Under the pieces are notes generated by a model. The model did no database searches. It saw nothing but the letters and a program-made list of their open reading frames with translations, and was not told where the DNA came from. A DNA stretch of 64,000 bases, taken from contig CABQJU010000007.1 in NCBI GenBank assembly GCA_902464575.1, positions 2,945-66,944 of the forward strand, read 5' to 3'. Position 1 is the stretch's first letter; every line of letters starts with the position of its first letter. The position numbers were made by a program, and so were the translations under genes. The stretch comes from an uncultured Collinsella sp. (lineage in GTDB: Bacteria; Actinomycetota; Coriobacteriia; Coriobacteriales; Coriobacteriaceae). Of this stretch, positions 36,550 through 47,848 are shown piece by piece.

Positions 36550-37301
36550 TGTTCACCTGCCACGCTCCTCATGCCGTTCTCTTCGCCGTTATCGGCAAAG
36601 CGGAACTTTGTGGGCAAAATCACCGATTTGCAATGCTCCACAAAACGCATGTCCTTATCCAATTCGATCGTGCTCTCATAGAACACCGGCGTTCCCTCTT
36701 CTTGCTGGAGCAGCTCGGCCTCTTCGGCGTTCAAACGCGAGATGGAGATATGCTCACGTCCATGCTCAACACGCACGCCACCTTCTTTGAGCAAGACATC
36801 GTAAAGGCTCTCGCACTCAAAATCGTGCTCGGGAAGCGATGGACACAGGGACAGGTTAACGTGAGCCGTCTCGATTGACGCTGGCTCGCCCTCAATAAGT
36901 CGAACGCGCTGCATGCGGAGCAAAGGGGCGCCTACAGACACCCCAAGCTTGTCGGCAAGCGCCTCATCCGCCTCGATAGTCCCGGTGGAAACCAGACGAG
37001 AAGAGGGGTGCAGGCCGGCAGTCCGCACAGCATCGGAGAAGTTATACGTTTCCTGGAAGATGTTCAGCGGCTTAGGAGGACACACATACGTACCCGATCC
37101 GCGACGGCTCTCGAGCGTTCCACACGAGATGAGCCGCGTGATACCAGCGCGCAACGCCGTACGCGAAACGCCGATCTCTTCGCACAGCACGCGCTCGGCC
37201 GGCAGGCGATCGCCGCCGGCAAGCTGATGGTGCTGGATATACCAAAGTATTCCCTCAACAGCACGATCTTTGGGGGGAATTGCATAAGATTCGCCTGCCA
37301 T
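36534..37301 (-). CDS. GntR/HutC-family transcriptional regulator, second copy
   Basis: 255 aa; AERVLCEEIGVSRTALRAGITRLI ... RGSGTYV; overlaps the downstream GntR gene by 16 nt. Confidence 0.88.
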   Translation of the reverse strand: MAGESYAIPPKDRAVEGILWYIQHHQLAGGDRLPAERVLCEEIGVSRTALRAGITRLISCGTLESRRGSGTYVCPPKPLNIFQETYNFSDAVRTAGLHPSSRLVSTGTIEADEALADKLGVSVGAPLLRMQRVRLIEGEPASIETAHVNLSLCPSLPEHDFECESLYDVLLKEGGVRVEHGREHISISRLNAEEAELLQQEEGTPVFYESTIELDKDMRFVEHCKSVILPTKFRFADNGEENGMRSVAGEQWLKQ

Positions 37302-37339
37302 TGCACAGACTCCTCATTCAGAAACGTATGCCGCCAAAA

Positions 37340-37828
37340 TTAGGCCAGCCCTCCCATGGCATCAAATTCGGCCTTAATCCTCTCGGCGACATTCCGATAC
37401 GACTTATATAGACTTGAATCGCGTTTGACTTCGTCGGTCATAACGGGAATCTCTAATTTGGAAACCTCGTCTTTTCCCGTCTGAACCGCCACAACAACGC
37501 CCATACCAAGACACATATTACGCTTGGCAGCGTTCATTTTTGCCGCCTTAGCGGGATTTGCCAGAATACGCTGGGCAAATTCCTGTTTAGAGACCGCTTC
37601 ATCGGCCTCCGGATCGCCCGCCTCGGCTACTTCGCACTGCAACACGTCCGCATAGTCAAAAATCTTCGGCTCGCCGCCGCGCTGATGCACGGCCCACTTG
37701 CGGCGCGTGGCATCCTGATAGATAGCCGGCAAAAATGTAAACCGCGGCGGGTCCAAAATCGTATCCGTGATGGTAAACACATCGGGATCAAAGGCATCCT
37801 GCGGGTTTTTCTTCTTGAACAGCCCCAT
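37340..37828 (-). CDS. Hypothetical protein
   Basis: 162 aa from ATG 37828 with GGGAGG SD; no family recognised. Confidence 0.5.
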   Translation of the reverse strand: MGLFKKKNPQDAFDPDVFTITDTILDPPRFTFLPAIYQDATRRKWAVHQRGGEPKIFDYADVLQCEVAEAGDPEADEAVSKQEFAQRILANPAKAAKMNAAKRNMCLGMGVVVAVQTGKDEVSKLEIPVMTDEVKRDSSLYKSYRNVAERIKAEFDAMGGLA

Positions 37829-38012
37829 ATCAGCCTCCCGTACTAGCATTAAACAACTCAAGCCGAATATAGCACCAATTTCAAGCCCACGCTTTAGTAG
37901 ATCGGTGCGCGGCGTCTATGGCTCGCCCAGCGGAAGAGTTTACGGACGAGGGCCGGGGCGCCTGCCGGCAAATAGCGGACACTCCGCATGCAATCTATGC
38001 AAACAAGTGCGC

Positions 38013-39041
38013 TTAGCTATATTCGGTAAGGTCAAGCACACTGCCCTTCACGATAAGCGCCGGCTCCAGAACGACCTCTTCGGCACGTCTACCGCCCCTA
38101 CCGGCAAGACGCTTGGACATGCAGCCAAAAGCATGCTCCGCGAGGACACCGGGGTCCTGCTCAATCGCGGTCAGCGCCGGCTCAAAGAGAACGTCGGCCG
38201 CCGAGTTGTCGTAACTCACCACCGAGATGTCGCCCGGGATGCTCTTCCCCATCTCGTGCAAGCGCTTGAGCAAGCCGAGGGCAATGTTATCCGAGCTTGC
38301 GAACACGGCGGTGGCATCGGTTGCGAGCACAGCCTCCGAAGCCTCGTATGCGCTCGGAATGTAGTACTCGCTCTCAAACTCCAAACGCGCGTCGATGGGC
38401 AGTCCCACCTCGCGCAGCGCGCGCTCGTAACCGGCGAGTCGCTTGCGACCCGTATTGGAACGGCGCGCGTTAACCAAGCAGGCAATGCGACGGTGGCCTT
38501 GCTCGATCAGATAGCGGGTGGCCATGTAGCCACCCATCTCGTGGTCGAACATCACCTTGTCGCACTCGAGGCCCTCAATGGCGCGGTCGACCATCACGGC
38601 AGGGATAGGCAGATGGCTCACTTCCTCGCGCAGGGCGCGATCGTCGGAGAACTCGTCACCCACTACCAGAAAGACGCCGTCGACGCCGCGCGTCACCAGC
38701 TGGCGTAGCAGTTCCAGATCGTCATCGGCGCTTCCACCCGAGCTGGTAATAAAGAGTGCATAGCCGTCCTCGCGACAGCGCTTTTCCAAGCTGCCGGCGA
38801 GCGAGGCAAAAAAGCGGCTCTCGATGTTAGGGACGATAAGGCCCAGCGTGCGCGACTCGCGCATGACCAAACTACGCGCAATCTGGTTAGGAACATAGTG
38901 GTTGCGCGCCGCGACCTCCTTGATGAGTTTGCGGTTTTCTTCCGAGATGCGACAGGGCCGATTATTGAGCACAAGCGAGACCGACGAGGGGGAAAGCCCC
39001 ACCTCCTGGGCGATCTGCTTGAGGGTGACTTTGTTGGCCAT
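38013..39041 (-). CDS. LacI-family transcriptional regulator
   Basis: 342 aa; N-terminal HTH VTLKQIAQEVGLSPSSVSLVLN plus periplasmic-binding-like sugar domain. Confidence 0.9.
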   Translation of the reverse strand: MANKVTLKQIAQEVGLSPSSVSLVLNNRPCRISEENRKLIKEVAARNHYVPNQIARSLVMRESRTLGLIVPNIESRFFASLAGSLEKRCREDGYALFITSSGGSADDDLELLRQLVTRGVDGVFLVVGDEFSDDRALREEVSHLPIPAVMVDRAIEGLECDKVMFDHEMGGYMATRYLIEQGHRRIACLVNARRSNTGRKRLAGYERALREVGLPIDARLEFESEYYIPSAYEASEAVLATDATAVFASSDNIALGLLKRLHEMGKSIPGDISVVSYDNSAADVLFEPALTAIEQDPGVLAEHAFGCMSKRLAGRGGRRAEEVVLEPALIVKGSVLDLTEYS

Positions 39042-39224
39042 CTCGCTCCTTCCGGGTTTACGCGCAATCTCTTGAAAGTATAGCGACTACCCCTCTACCT
39101 CGGTGATAAACACTTTACCAATCCGGTAGACGGCTGTTTTATCGCCGTCAGCGCACCAAATCCGTCCGGGTGGGGTATATTGCAATCGATTGATGACGAC
39201 GACCACCAAAAGGCGGATATTCAT

Positions 39225-40187
39225 ATGCACGAGAACGACTTTTTTAACGAGGACCTGCTGTGCGCGCTCGCTGGCGTTGCCGGCGAGGACAACGTGTTGA
39301 TGAGCGAGCCCATGCGCGAGCACACCACGTTTAAGATCGGCGGCCCGGCCGACGTCTTTGTCACGCCCGATACCGAGCAGGGCCTCGTCGCCACGCTCGA
39401 TACCTGCTATCGCTGCGACCTGCCGCTTACCATCGTGGGCAACGGCTCCGACCTGCTTGTCGGCGACAAGGGCATCCGCGGCGTCGTCGTGGCGCTGGGC
39501 GAAGGCCTCTCCGACATTACGGTCGACGGCACGCACGTCACGGCGGCAGCCGGCGCCTTGCTTTCCGATGTCGCCGCGGCGGCAGCCGAGGCCGGCCTCA
39601 CCGGCATGGAGCCCATCTCGGGCATCCCCGGATCGGTCGGCGGCGCCTGCTACATGAACGCCGGTGCCTACGGTGCCTGCATGGCCGATGTGCTAGAGTC
39701 CGTGCGCGTCTACAAACCCGCTCGCCAGCTCGACGACGGCACCCGCGGCAGCGGCAACATCATCGAATTCGATGCCGACGAACTCAACCTGGGCTATCGC
39801 AAGAGCCGCATCGCCGACGACGGCTTTATCGTGCTTTCGGCCACTTTCAATCTCGCCCCGGGCAACGCCGCGATGATCAAGGCCGACATGGACGACTACC
39901 GCCAGCGCCGCGAGGACAAGCAGCCGCTCGACATGCCGAGCGCCGGCTCCACTTTCAAACGCCCCGAGGGCTACTTTGCCGGCAAGCTCATCATGGATGC
40001 CGGTCTGCGCGGCCATGCTGTCGGCGGCGCGCAGGTGAGCGAAAAACACTGCGGCTTCATCGTCAACGCCAACCACGCCACCGCCGCCGACGTCGACGAA
40101 CTCATCCGCCACATCCAAGCCAAAGTCAAAGAGCAGTTCGACGTAGACCTAGAACCCGAAGTCCACCGAGTCGGCGAATTTTTATAG
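39225..40187 (+). CDS. murB: UDP-N-acetylenolpyruvoylglucosamine reductase
   Basis: 320 aa from ATG 39225 (the 39180 track start is TTG); FKIGGPAD, VGNGSDLL, GIPGSVGGA and AGSTFKRP motifs. Confidence 0.9.
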   Translation: MHENDFFNEDLLCALAGVAGEDNVLMSEPMREHTTFKIGGPADVFVTPDTEQGLVATLDTCYRCDLPLTIVGNGSDLLVGDKGIRGVVVALGEGLSDITVDGTHVTAAAGALLSDVAAAAAEAGLTGMEPISGIPGSVGGACYMNAGAYGACMADVLESVRVYKPARQLDDGTRGSGNIIEFDADELNLGYRKSRIADDGFIVLSATFNLAPGNAAMIKADMDDYRQRREDKQPLDMPSAGSTFKRPEGYFAGKLIMDAGLRGHAVGGAQVSEKHCGFIVNANHATAADVDELIRHIQAKVKEQFDVDLEPEVHRVGEFL

Positions 40188-40220
40188 CCCGCTCGCCGCG
40201 GTCCACTTTAATTAATAACG

Positions 40221-40253
40221 GGACAAGTGACGTAGCTCACTTGTCCTGTTTTC
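40221..40253 (+). terminator. murB intrinsic terminator
   Basis: ggacaagtga-cgtagc-tcacttgtcc followed by tgttttc. Confidence 0.7.
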
Positions 40254-40255
40254 AT

Positions 40256-40621
40256 TTATTTGCGAAGAACATCGGCCATCCGCAGGATTGAAATCATCGA
40301 CCGATAAGTGAGTTCCACCTTTTCGCCCGCAAGCAGTCGTTTCGAGCCAATCTCATCTAGCCCCACAAGCCGAGAAAACAGCGGGCCGCTCATCGTGCCC
40401 TCGTCAATTGACTCCCTTATGGTCTTCAAAACGTCCGTATCATGAAGCGATGCCGAGCTGTAGGGGGCAACACGAGCGGAACTCTCAATTAACGACGAGA
40501 CAAAAGGATGGAGATGCTTTGGACATAGTCCATCAAACACCACATCCCCATTGTCATCCGAGCCGACCAGGCGCCAACTATAATGATCGACCCAGTCGTC
40601 TCCGTCATATATGGTGTCCAT
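40256..40621 (-). CDS. Hypothetical protein with C-terminal XRE-like HTH, in a low-GC islet
   Basis: 121 aa from ATG 40621 (a GTG at 40717 would give 153 aa). The C-terminus LFSRLVGLDEIGSKRLLAGEKVELTYRSMISILRMADVL resembles an XRE HTH. Local GC is visibly lower than the surroundings. Confidence 0.4.
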   Translation of the reverse strand: MDTIYDGDDWVDHYSWRLVGSDDNGDVVFDGLCPKHLHPFVSSLIESSARVAPYSSASLHDTDVLKTIRESIDEGTMSGPLFSRLVGLDEIGSKRLLAGEKVELTYRSMISILRMADVLRK

Positions 40622-40874
40622 GAGCAACTTCCCGTCTAGAGAGAAACCTGTTTGAACATCGGGGCGCAAGACCGCAATCCATCTAGGACCCGCAGCAGCT
40701 CCGACCCAACGCACCACACGACAATTGTATATTGCGACTATTTTAGATCTACATGATCAGTTCGAGTTCGCAACAAGGCGATTATTGCAGCTAGGTTATA
40801 TTTCATTTTCCACTTTGATGAGCCGTCGGCTCCAAATTCCAAAACCGAAGTCCACGGAGTCGATAATTTTATTT

Positions 40875-40901
40875 AAAAAGAAGGCCCCGAAAGGGGCCTT
40901 C
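40875..40901 (-). terminator. Intrinsic terminator ending the NlpC/P60 transcription unit
   Basis: Minus strand gaaggcccc-tttc-ggggccttc followed by TTTTT. Confidence 0.65.
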
Positions 40902-40956
40902 GCCATCTTTATATCAGACAACCAGTCCGGTGTATCGCGCTCAGGACCCGAGAGGG

Positions 40957-41081
40957 CCGGGACAGTCCGAGAGGCATAAGGTTGATCGCGAGTTCCGCAC
41001 GAGCCGGAGAGCACTTAATGTGCTCTCCGTGCGAGCAGGACTGCCCGAGCAGGCAACCTTATGCCTCTCGGACTGTCCCGG
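40957..41081. repeat. Core-in-palindrome element, copy A: 69-nt conserved core flanked by a 28-bp perfect inverted repeat
   Basis: 40957-40984 is the exact reverse complement of 41054-41081. The core at 40985-41053 contains the hairpin GGAGAGCAC-TTAAT-GTGCTCTCC. Confidence 0.9.
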
Positions 41082-41093
41082 ACCAAGCCGCAG

Positions 41094-42299
41094 TTACGAC
41101 AGCGCAATACCGCCAAGCCAGCCCCAGCGCACGCCAGAGCCAGTGCCATAGAAGCTAATAAACGAATCAAGCGACTTAGACGTAATGGCACCCTCGTTGC
41201 TCATAACGATGCCGCCGCCAACGTAGATACCCACATGACCGTAGATAAGGCCCGGAGCACCCGTGCCGCTGTGCGAGGAATCGGCCACGATCATGCCCAC
41301 CTGCAGCGCCGAGCGGTCGGAGCTATAGCACCATGCGTTAAACATGTCGCACGCGTTACCGCCAAAGTAGCCAACGCCGGCGTTACGGAAGACATTGGTG
41401 ACCCACGCCGCGCACCAGTTCTGACCCGGCGAAGGCGTGGAGTAGCACGCGTTGACGACAGCCTGCTGCTTGCCCGAGCCGGCATTCTGCTGCGGAGTTC
41501 CGGGCGCGTACGATCCACCACCCGAGCTCGAACCACCCGAGTAGGAATTGTTCTTGTTCGCGGCAGCCGCGGCAGCGGCAGCCTTCCTAGCGGCCTCCTC
41601 AGCCTGGGCGGCAGCGAGGATCTCGGAATCGCGCTGAGCCATGAGCTCCTTGACGTCGTCGGAAAGACCGTTCAGCACGGTCTGGACTTCTTGCTGCTTG
41701 GCCTGCATGTCCTGCATCTGGGCAGTCTGCTGGTCCTTGAGCTTCTCTAAGTCGGCCTTCTGCGACTCGAGCTCGGTCTTTTGCGCATCGAGCTCTTCCT
41801 GGATGGTCTGAATGTCCTCGATGGCGTCGCGGTCGCTCTTGTTGATCTTCTCAACGTAATGCGCGTTGGCGACGAGTTCCTCAAACGAGCCAGAGGCCAG
41901 CAGCAGCGACAGGATGTTCGTGCCGCCGGACTTGTAGCTGGCGGCCACGCGATCGGAAAGGTCGTTGCGCTTCTTCTTGAGCTCGGCCTTCTTTTCATCG
42001 ATCTGGGCCTGCGTGTCGTCAATCTTGCCCTGGACATTCTCGATGTCGTTGAGGGTCTGGGCATTCTTGTTGGCCAGCGCCGCATACTCATTTGCGATGC
42101 TGTCGAGCTGGGCCTGAACCTCGTCGAGCTGGGCCTGGGCGGCATTCAGTTTATCGGTGGTTTCTTTGGAAGCCTCCGCCGCATGGGCGCGAGCGGGCAG
42201 GCCAAAAAGAACTGCCGCAGAAGCGGCGCCGAACAGGGCCTTGAGGGCAGTGCGGCGCGAGAGCTCCTGGGAAAGGATAGAATCGCTGTTTGGTGACAT
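41094..42299 (-). CDS. Secreted PcsB-like peptidoglycan hydrolase (coiled coil plus NlpC/P60-CHAP-like domain)
   Basis: 401 aa; Tat-like signal SRRTALKALFGAASAA; about 220-aa coiled coil; Ser/Gly linker; C-terminal domain with QNWCAAWV (Cys) and GHVGIYVG (His). Confidence 0.8.
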   Translation of the reverse strand: MSPNSDSILSQELSRRTALKALFGAASAAVLFGLPARAHAAEASKETTDKLNAAQAQLDEVQAQLDSIANEYAALANKNAQTLNDIENVQGKIDDTQAQIDEKKAELKKKRNDLSDRVAASYKSGGTNILSLLLASGSFEELVANAHYVEKINKSDRDAIEDIQTIQEELDAQKTELESQKADLEKLKDQQTAQMQDMQAKQQEVQTVLNGLSDDVKELMAQRDSEILAAAQAEEAARKAAAAAAAANKNNSYSGGSSSGGGSYAPGTPQQNAGSGKQQAVVNACYSTPSPGQNWCAAWVTNVFRNAGVGYFGGNACDMFNAWCYSSDRSALQVGMIVADSSHSGTGAPGLIYGHVGIYVGGGIVMSNEGAITSKSLDSFISFYGTGSGVRWGWLGGIALS

Positions 42300-42566
42300 A
42301 TGTACTCCGTTACATGCTTATTTATATGTCGCTCAACTCATACATATTAGCGTACATCCGGCGCATCCCAACGATTTCCACGAACGGCAGCAAACCGTGT
42401 GGTCGGCGGCTCATATGCAAACGTCAAGGTCGAGGGTATGCCCACGCCAAACATTTCCATGAGTACGTTAGCATGTTCATCTGCTTTTCCTGCCCTGCAC
42501 ATTTTGGGTGCCCCTGCCTGCGCTATACTCCCCTGAAGAAGTGTTCCTGATTCGATAGGAGACTAC

Positions 42567-43628
42567 ATGTCCAAAGCACTCGACCCCAAAGACACCTGCG
42601 TCCTCGTAACCGGTGGCGCCGGCTTTATCGGCTCGCACACCGTCGTTCAGCTGCTCGAGGGCGGCTACCAGGTCGTCATCGTCGACGACCTCTCCAACTC
42701 CAGCGCCGTCGCCGTCGACCGCGTCAAGACCATCGTGGGCGAAGAGGCTGCCAAGAACCTCACCTTCTACGAGGCCAACGTGCTCGACCGCGAGGCCATG
42801 AACAAGATCTTCGACACCCATCAGATCGACCGCGTCATCCACTTCGCCGGCTTTAAGGCCGTCGGCGAGTCGGTGAGCAAGCCCGTCGAGTACTACCACA
42901 ACAACATCGAAAACACCCTGGTGCTCATCGACGTCATGCGCAACCATGGCTGCAAGTCCATCATCTTCTCGAGCTCCTCGACCGTCTACGGCGACCCGGA
43001 CAACCCGCCTGTCACCGAGGAAGACCCCAAGAAGCCCGCAACCAACCCCTATGGCTGGACCAAGTGGATGATCGAGCAGATCCTTATGGACGTTCACACC
43101 GCCGACCCCGAGTGGGACGTCGTGCTGCTCCGCTACTTCAACCCCATCGGCGCCCATCCGTCGGGCCTGATCGGCGAGGACCCCAAGGGCATCCCCAACA
43201 ACCTGGTGCCCTATGTCGCGCAGGTTGCCGTGGGCAAGCTCGAGGCCGTTCAGGTCTTTGGCAATGACTACTCCACTCCCGACGGCACGGGCGTGCGCGA
43301 CTATATCCACGTTTGCGACCTGGCCTCGGGCCACGTTGCCGCCCTCAACTGGATGAACGGCAAGACCGGCGTCGAGATCTTTAACCTGGGCACCGGCACC
43401 GGTACCTCGGTACTCGAGGTCGTCGCCGCCTTCTCCAAGGCCTGCGGCAAGGAGCTGCCCTACGTGATCCGCGAGCGCCGCGCCGGCGACATCGCTGCCA
43501 ACTGGTGCGATGCCTCCAAGGCCGAGCGCATGATGGGCTGGAAGGCTCAGTACGACATCGCGGATATGTGCCGCGATAGCTGGAACTGGCAGAGCCACAA
43601 CCCCAACGGCTTCGCCGACGCCGAGTAG
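42567..43628 (+). CDS. galE: UDP-glucose 4-epimerase
   Basis: 353 aa; GGAGFIGSH Rossmann motif and SSSTVYG ... YGWTK catalytic motif. Confidence 0.93.
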   Translation: MSKALDPKDTCVLVTGGAGFIGSHTVVQLLEGGYQVVIVDDLSNSSAVAVDRVKTIVGEEAAKNLTFYEANVLDREAMNKIFDTHQIDRVIHFAGFKAVGESVSKPVEYYHNNIENTLVLIDVMRNHGCKSIIFSSSSTVYGDPDNPPVTEEDPKKPATNPYGWTKWMIEQILMDVHTADPEWDVVLLRYFNPIGAHPSGLIGEDPKGIPNNLVPYVAQVAVGKLEAVQVFGNDYSTPDGTGVRDYIHVCDLASGHVAALNWMNGKTGVEIFNLGTGTGTSVLEVVAAFSKACGKELPYVIRERRAGDIAANWCDASKAERMMGWKAQYDIADMCRDSWNWQSHNPNGFADAE

Positions 43629-43848
43629 CAAAAACCTACATACCGCTCTTGCCCCGATCTCACGTTGTGAGGTCGGGGCTTTTTCATGGCATGTAACCAT
43701 TCGCCGAAAATCGACCAACTTTTTTATCTTGCCTGTACATGTTTAAACAACATGTTTTACAATAGGCGTATCGAATCAGAACATCGGAGGCGGACTGCGC
43801 ACCCATCGGCAGACCGACCCCACAACAAGAAGGTTGGTGAGCGCATTC

Positions 43849-45354
43849 ATGGAGCGTGCAAGCGGCGTCCTCATGCCCGTCTCATCTCTGCCCGGACCAT
43901 ACGGAATCGGCGGCTTTGGCTGGAATGCCTACGACTTTGTCGATTTCCTCGCCTCGTGCAAACAACATTATTGGCAGATTCTGCCCCTTACGACGACTAG
44001 TTACGGCGATTCGCCTTACCAGTCGTTCTCGGCCCGCGCGGGCAACCCTAACTTCATTGACTTTGCCGAGCTTATCGAGGCAGGGTATCTGGAGCAGCGC
44101 GATATCGACGGCGTGTACCTGGGCTCCGATCCCAGCAATGTCGACTACGGTGCTATCTTTGCTGGCCGCCGCCAAATCCTCGACCGCGCCGCCGAGCGCT
44201 TCGCCGCGAATAAACCAGCCGATTTCGACGACTTTATCCAGGCAAACGAGGACTGGCTCATTCCCTACTGCGAGTTTATGACCGTAAAGGAGGAGTGCGG
44301 GCTCAAGGCCTTTTGGGAGTGGCCCGAGGAGCTCCGCCGCCGCGGCGAGGCATCCAACAAGATCTGCGCCGCCCATCCCGAGCGCATGCTTTACCACCAG
44401 ATGACGCAGTATTTCTTCGATCGCCAGTGGAGCCGCCTCAAGGCCTATGCCAACGAGCGCGACATCCTGATCATCGGCGACCTGCCCATCTACGTCTCGC
44501 GCGACTCCGTCGAGATGTGGGCCACGCCCGAGCTCTTTAAGATCGACGCCGCCGGCAATCCCGTCAGCGTCGCGGGAACGCCGCCCGACCAGTTCTCGGC
44601 CACCGGCCAGTACTGGGGCAACCCCATCTATGACTGGGATGCCATGGAAGCAGACGGCTTCTCTTGGTGGGAAGGCCGCATCCGAGCCGCCCTCGACATG
44701 TACAACATCATCCGTCTGGACCACTTCCGCGGTTTCGAGGCATTTTGGGAGGTGCCGTTCTCCTCTCCCGATTCGTCATATGGTTCGTGGACGCAGGGAC
44801 CCGGCCTCAAGCTCTTCAAGGTGCTCGAGGAAAAGCTCGGCACGCTTCCCATCATTGCCGAAGACCTGGGCTTTCTTACCCCTGGTGTCATCGACATGCG
44901 CGACACCACGGGCTTCCCTGGCATGAAGATCCTGCAGTTTGCCTTTGAGGGCACCAACTCGTACTACCTGCCGCACAACTACATTGCCAACACCGTCGCC
45001 TACGTCGGAACGCATGACAACGAAACGGCACGCGGCTGGTATGAGGGAACGGCCACCCCGCGTCAGCGCGAGCAGGCGGCCCTGTATACCCACCAGCAGG
45101 CAGGCGAGTCCACGGCCGATGCGCTCAACCGCACCATCGCCGCCAGCGTGAGCGATACCTGCATCTACACCATGCAGGACCTGCTCAATCTGGGCAACGA
45201 GGCGCGCATTAACACCCCCGCCACCCTGGGCGGTAACTGGACTTGGCGCATGCTTGATGGCGCCATCACCCGCGAACTCGAGCACAAGCTCACCGGCTGG
45301 ACCGAGACCTACTTCCGCATCCCATCGGAAGCCGAAATCGAGCTTCCTCAATAG
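43849..45354 (+). CDS. malQ: 4-alpha-glucanotransferase (amylomaltase)
   Basis: 501 aa from ATG 43849; GVLMPVSSLPGPYGIGGFG, DHFRGF and IIAEDLG motifs. Confidence 0.9.
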   Translation: MERASGVLMPVSSLPGPYGIGGFGWNAYDFVDFLASCKQHYWQILPLTTTSYGDSPYQSFSARAGNPNFIDFAELIEAGYLEQRDIDGVYLGSDPSNVDYGAIFAGRRQILDRAAERFAANKPADFDDFIQANEDWLIPYCEFMTVKEECGLKAFWEWPEELRRRGEASNKICAAHPERMLYHQMTQYFFDRQWSRLKAYANERDILIIGDLPIYVSRDSVEMWATPELFKIDAAGNPVSVAGTPPDQFSATGQYWGNPIYDWDAMEADGFSWWEGRIRAALDMYNIIRLDHFRGFEAFWEVPFSSPDSSYGSWTQGPGLKLFKVLEEKLGTLPIIAEDLGFLTPGVIDMRDTTGFPGMKILQFAFEGTNSYYLPHNYIANTVAYVGTHDNETARGWYEGTATPRQREQAALYTHQQAGESTADALNRTIAASVSDTCIYTMQDLLNLGNEARINTPATLGGNWTWRMLDGAITRELEHKLTGWTETYFRIPSEAEIELPQ

Positions 45355-45402
45355 GAGCCACCGCGCCCGACCCCGCCCCACCGTGCGGACGCGACCGCTT
45401 TT

Positions 45403-45444
45403 CCCGCGCGAGGCCACTCCAATCCCCTCGCGCGGGCTTCTTTT
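45403..45444 (+). terminator. malQ intrinsic terminator
   Basis: cccgcgcgagg-12 nt-cctcgcgcggg followed by cttctttt. Confidence 0.7.
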
Positions 45445-45483
45445 GAATTTCTGACATGTCGTCAACTCGCCACAGGAGGAAAC

Positions 45484-47751
<2,268 letters not shown>

Positions 47752-47781
47752 TTTCGTTTCCTTTACCCATCCTCTTGAAAG

Positions 47782-47812
47782 CGGAGTCGTGGCAACGCGG
47801 CTCCGTTTTTTT
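47782..47812 (+). terminator. glgP intrinsic terminator
   Basis: cggagtcg-loop-cgcggctccg followed by a T7 run. Confidence 0.6.
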
Positions 47813-47848
47813 GCCCGCGTGTTGCCCGTGGCCCGCCTCGACCAAATC

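Noticed and set aside
40930-41151. Short peptide conserved across the three core copies (IASSARAGEHLMC / FIASSARKGKHLMC / FVASSARTGGHLTS), suggesting a small protein gene
   Set aside because: The conservation is explained by nucleotide-level conservation with compensatory stem changes. The flanking 'coding' sequence is the variable palindrome arms. There is no SD or consistent start and stop.
42300-42566. c-di-AMP (ydaO-type) riboswitch in the 260-nt leader of the NlpC/P60 hydrolase gene
   Set aside because: Only a GGGGCACCCA-like word resembles the consensus. The paired GGGGUGAAUC and ACAGCUAACCUCGUA-type segments are missing. It remains an unexplained long leader.
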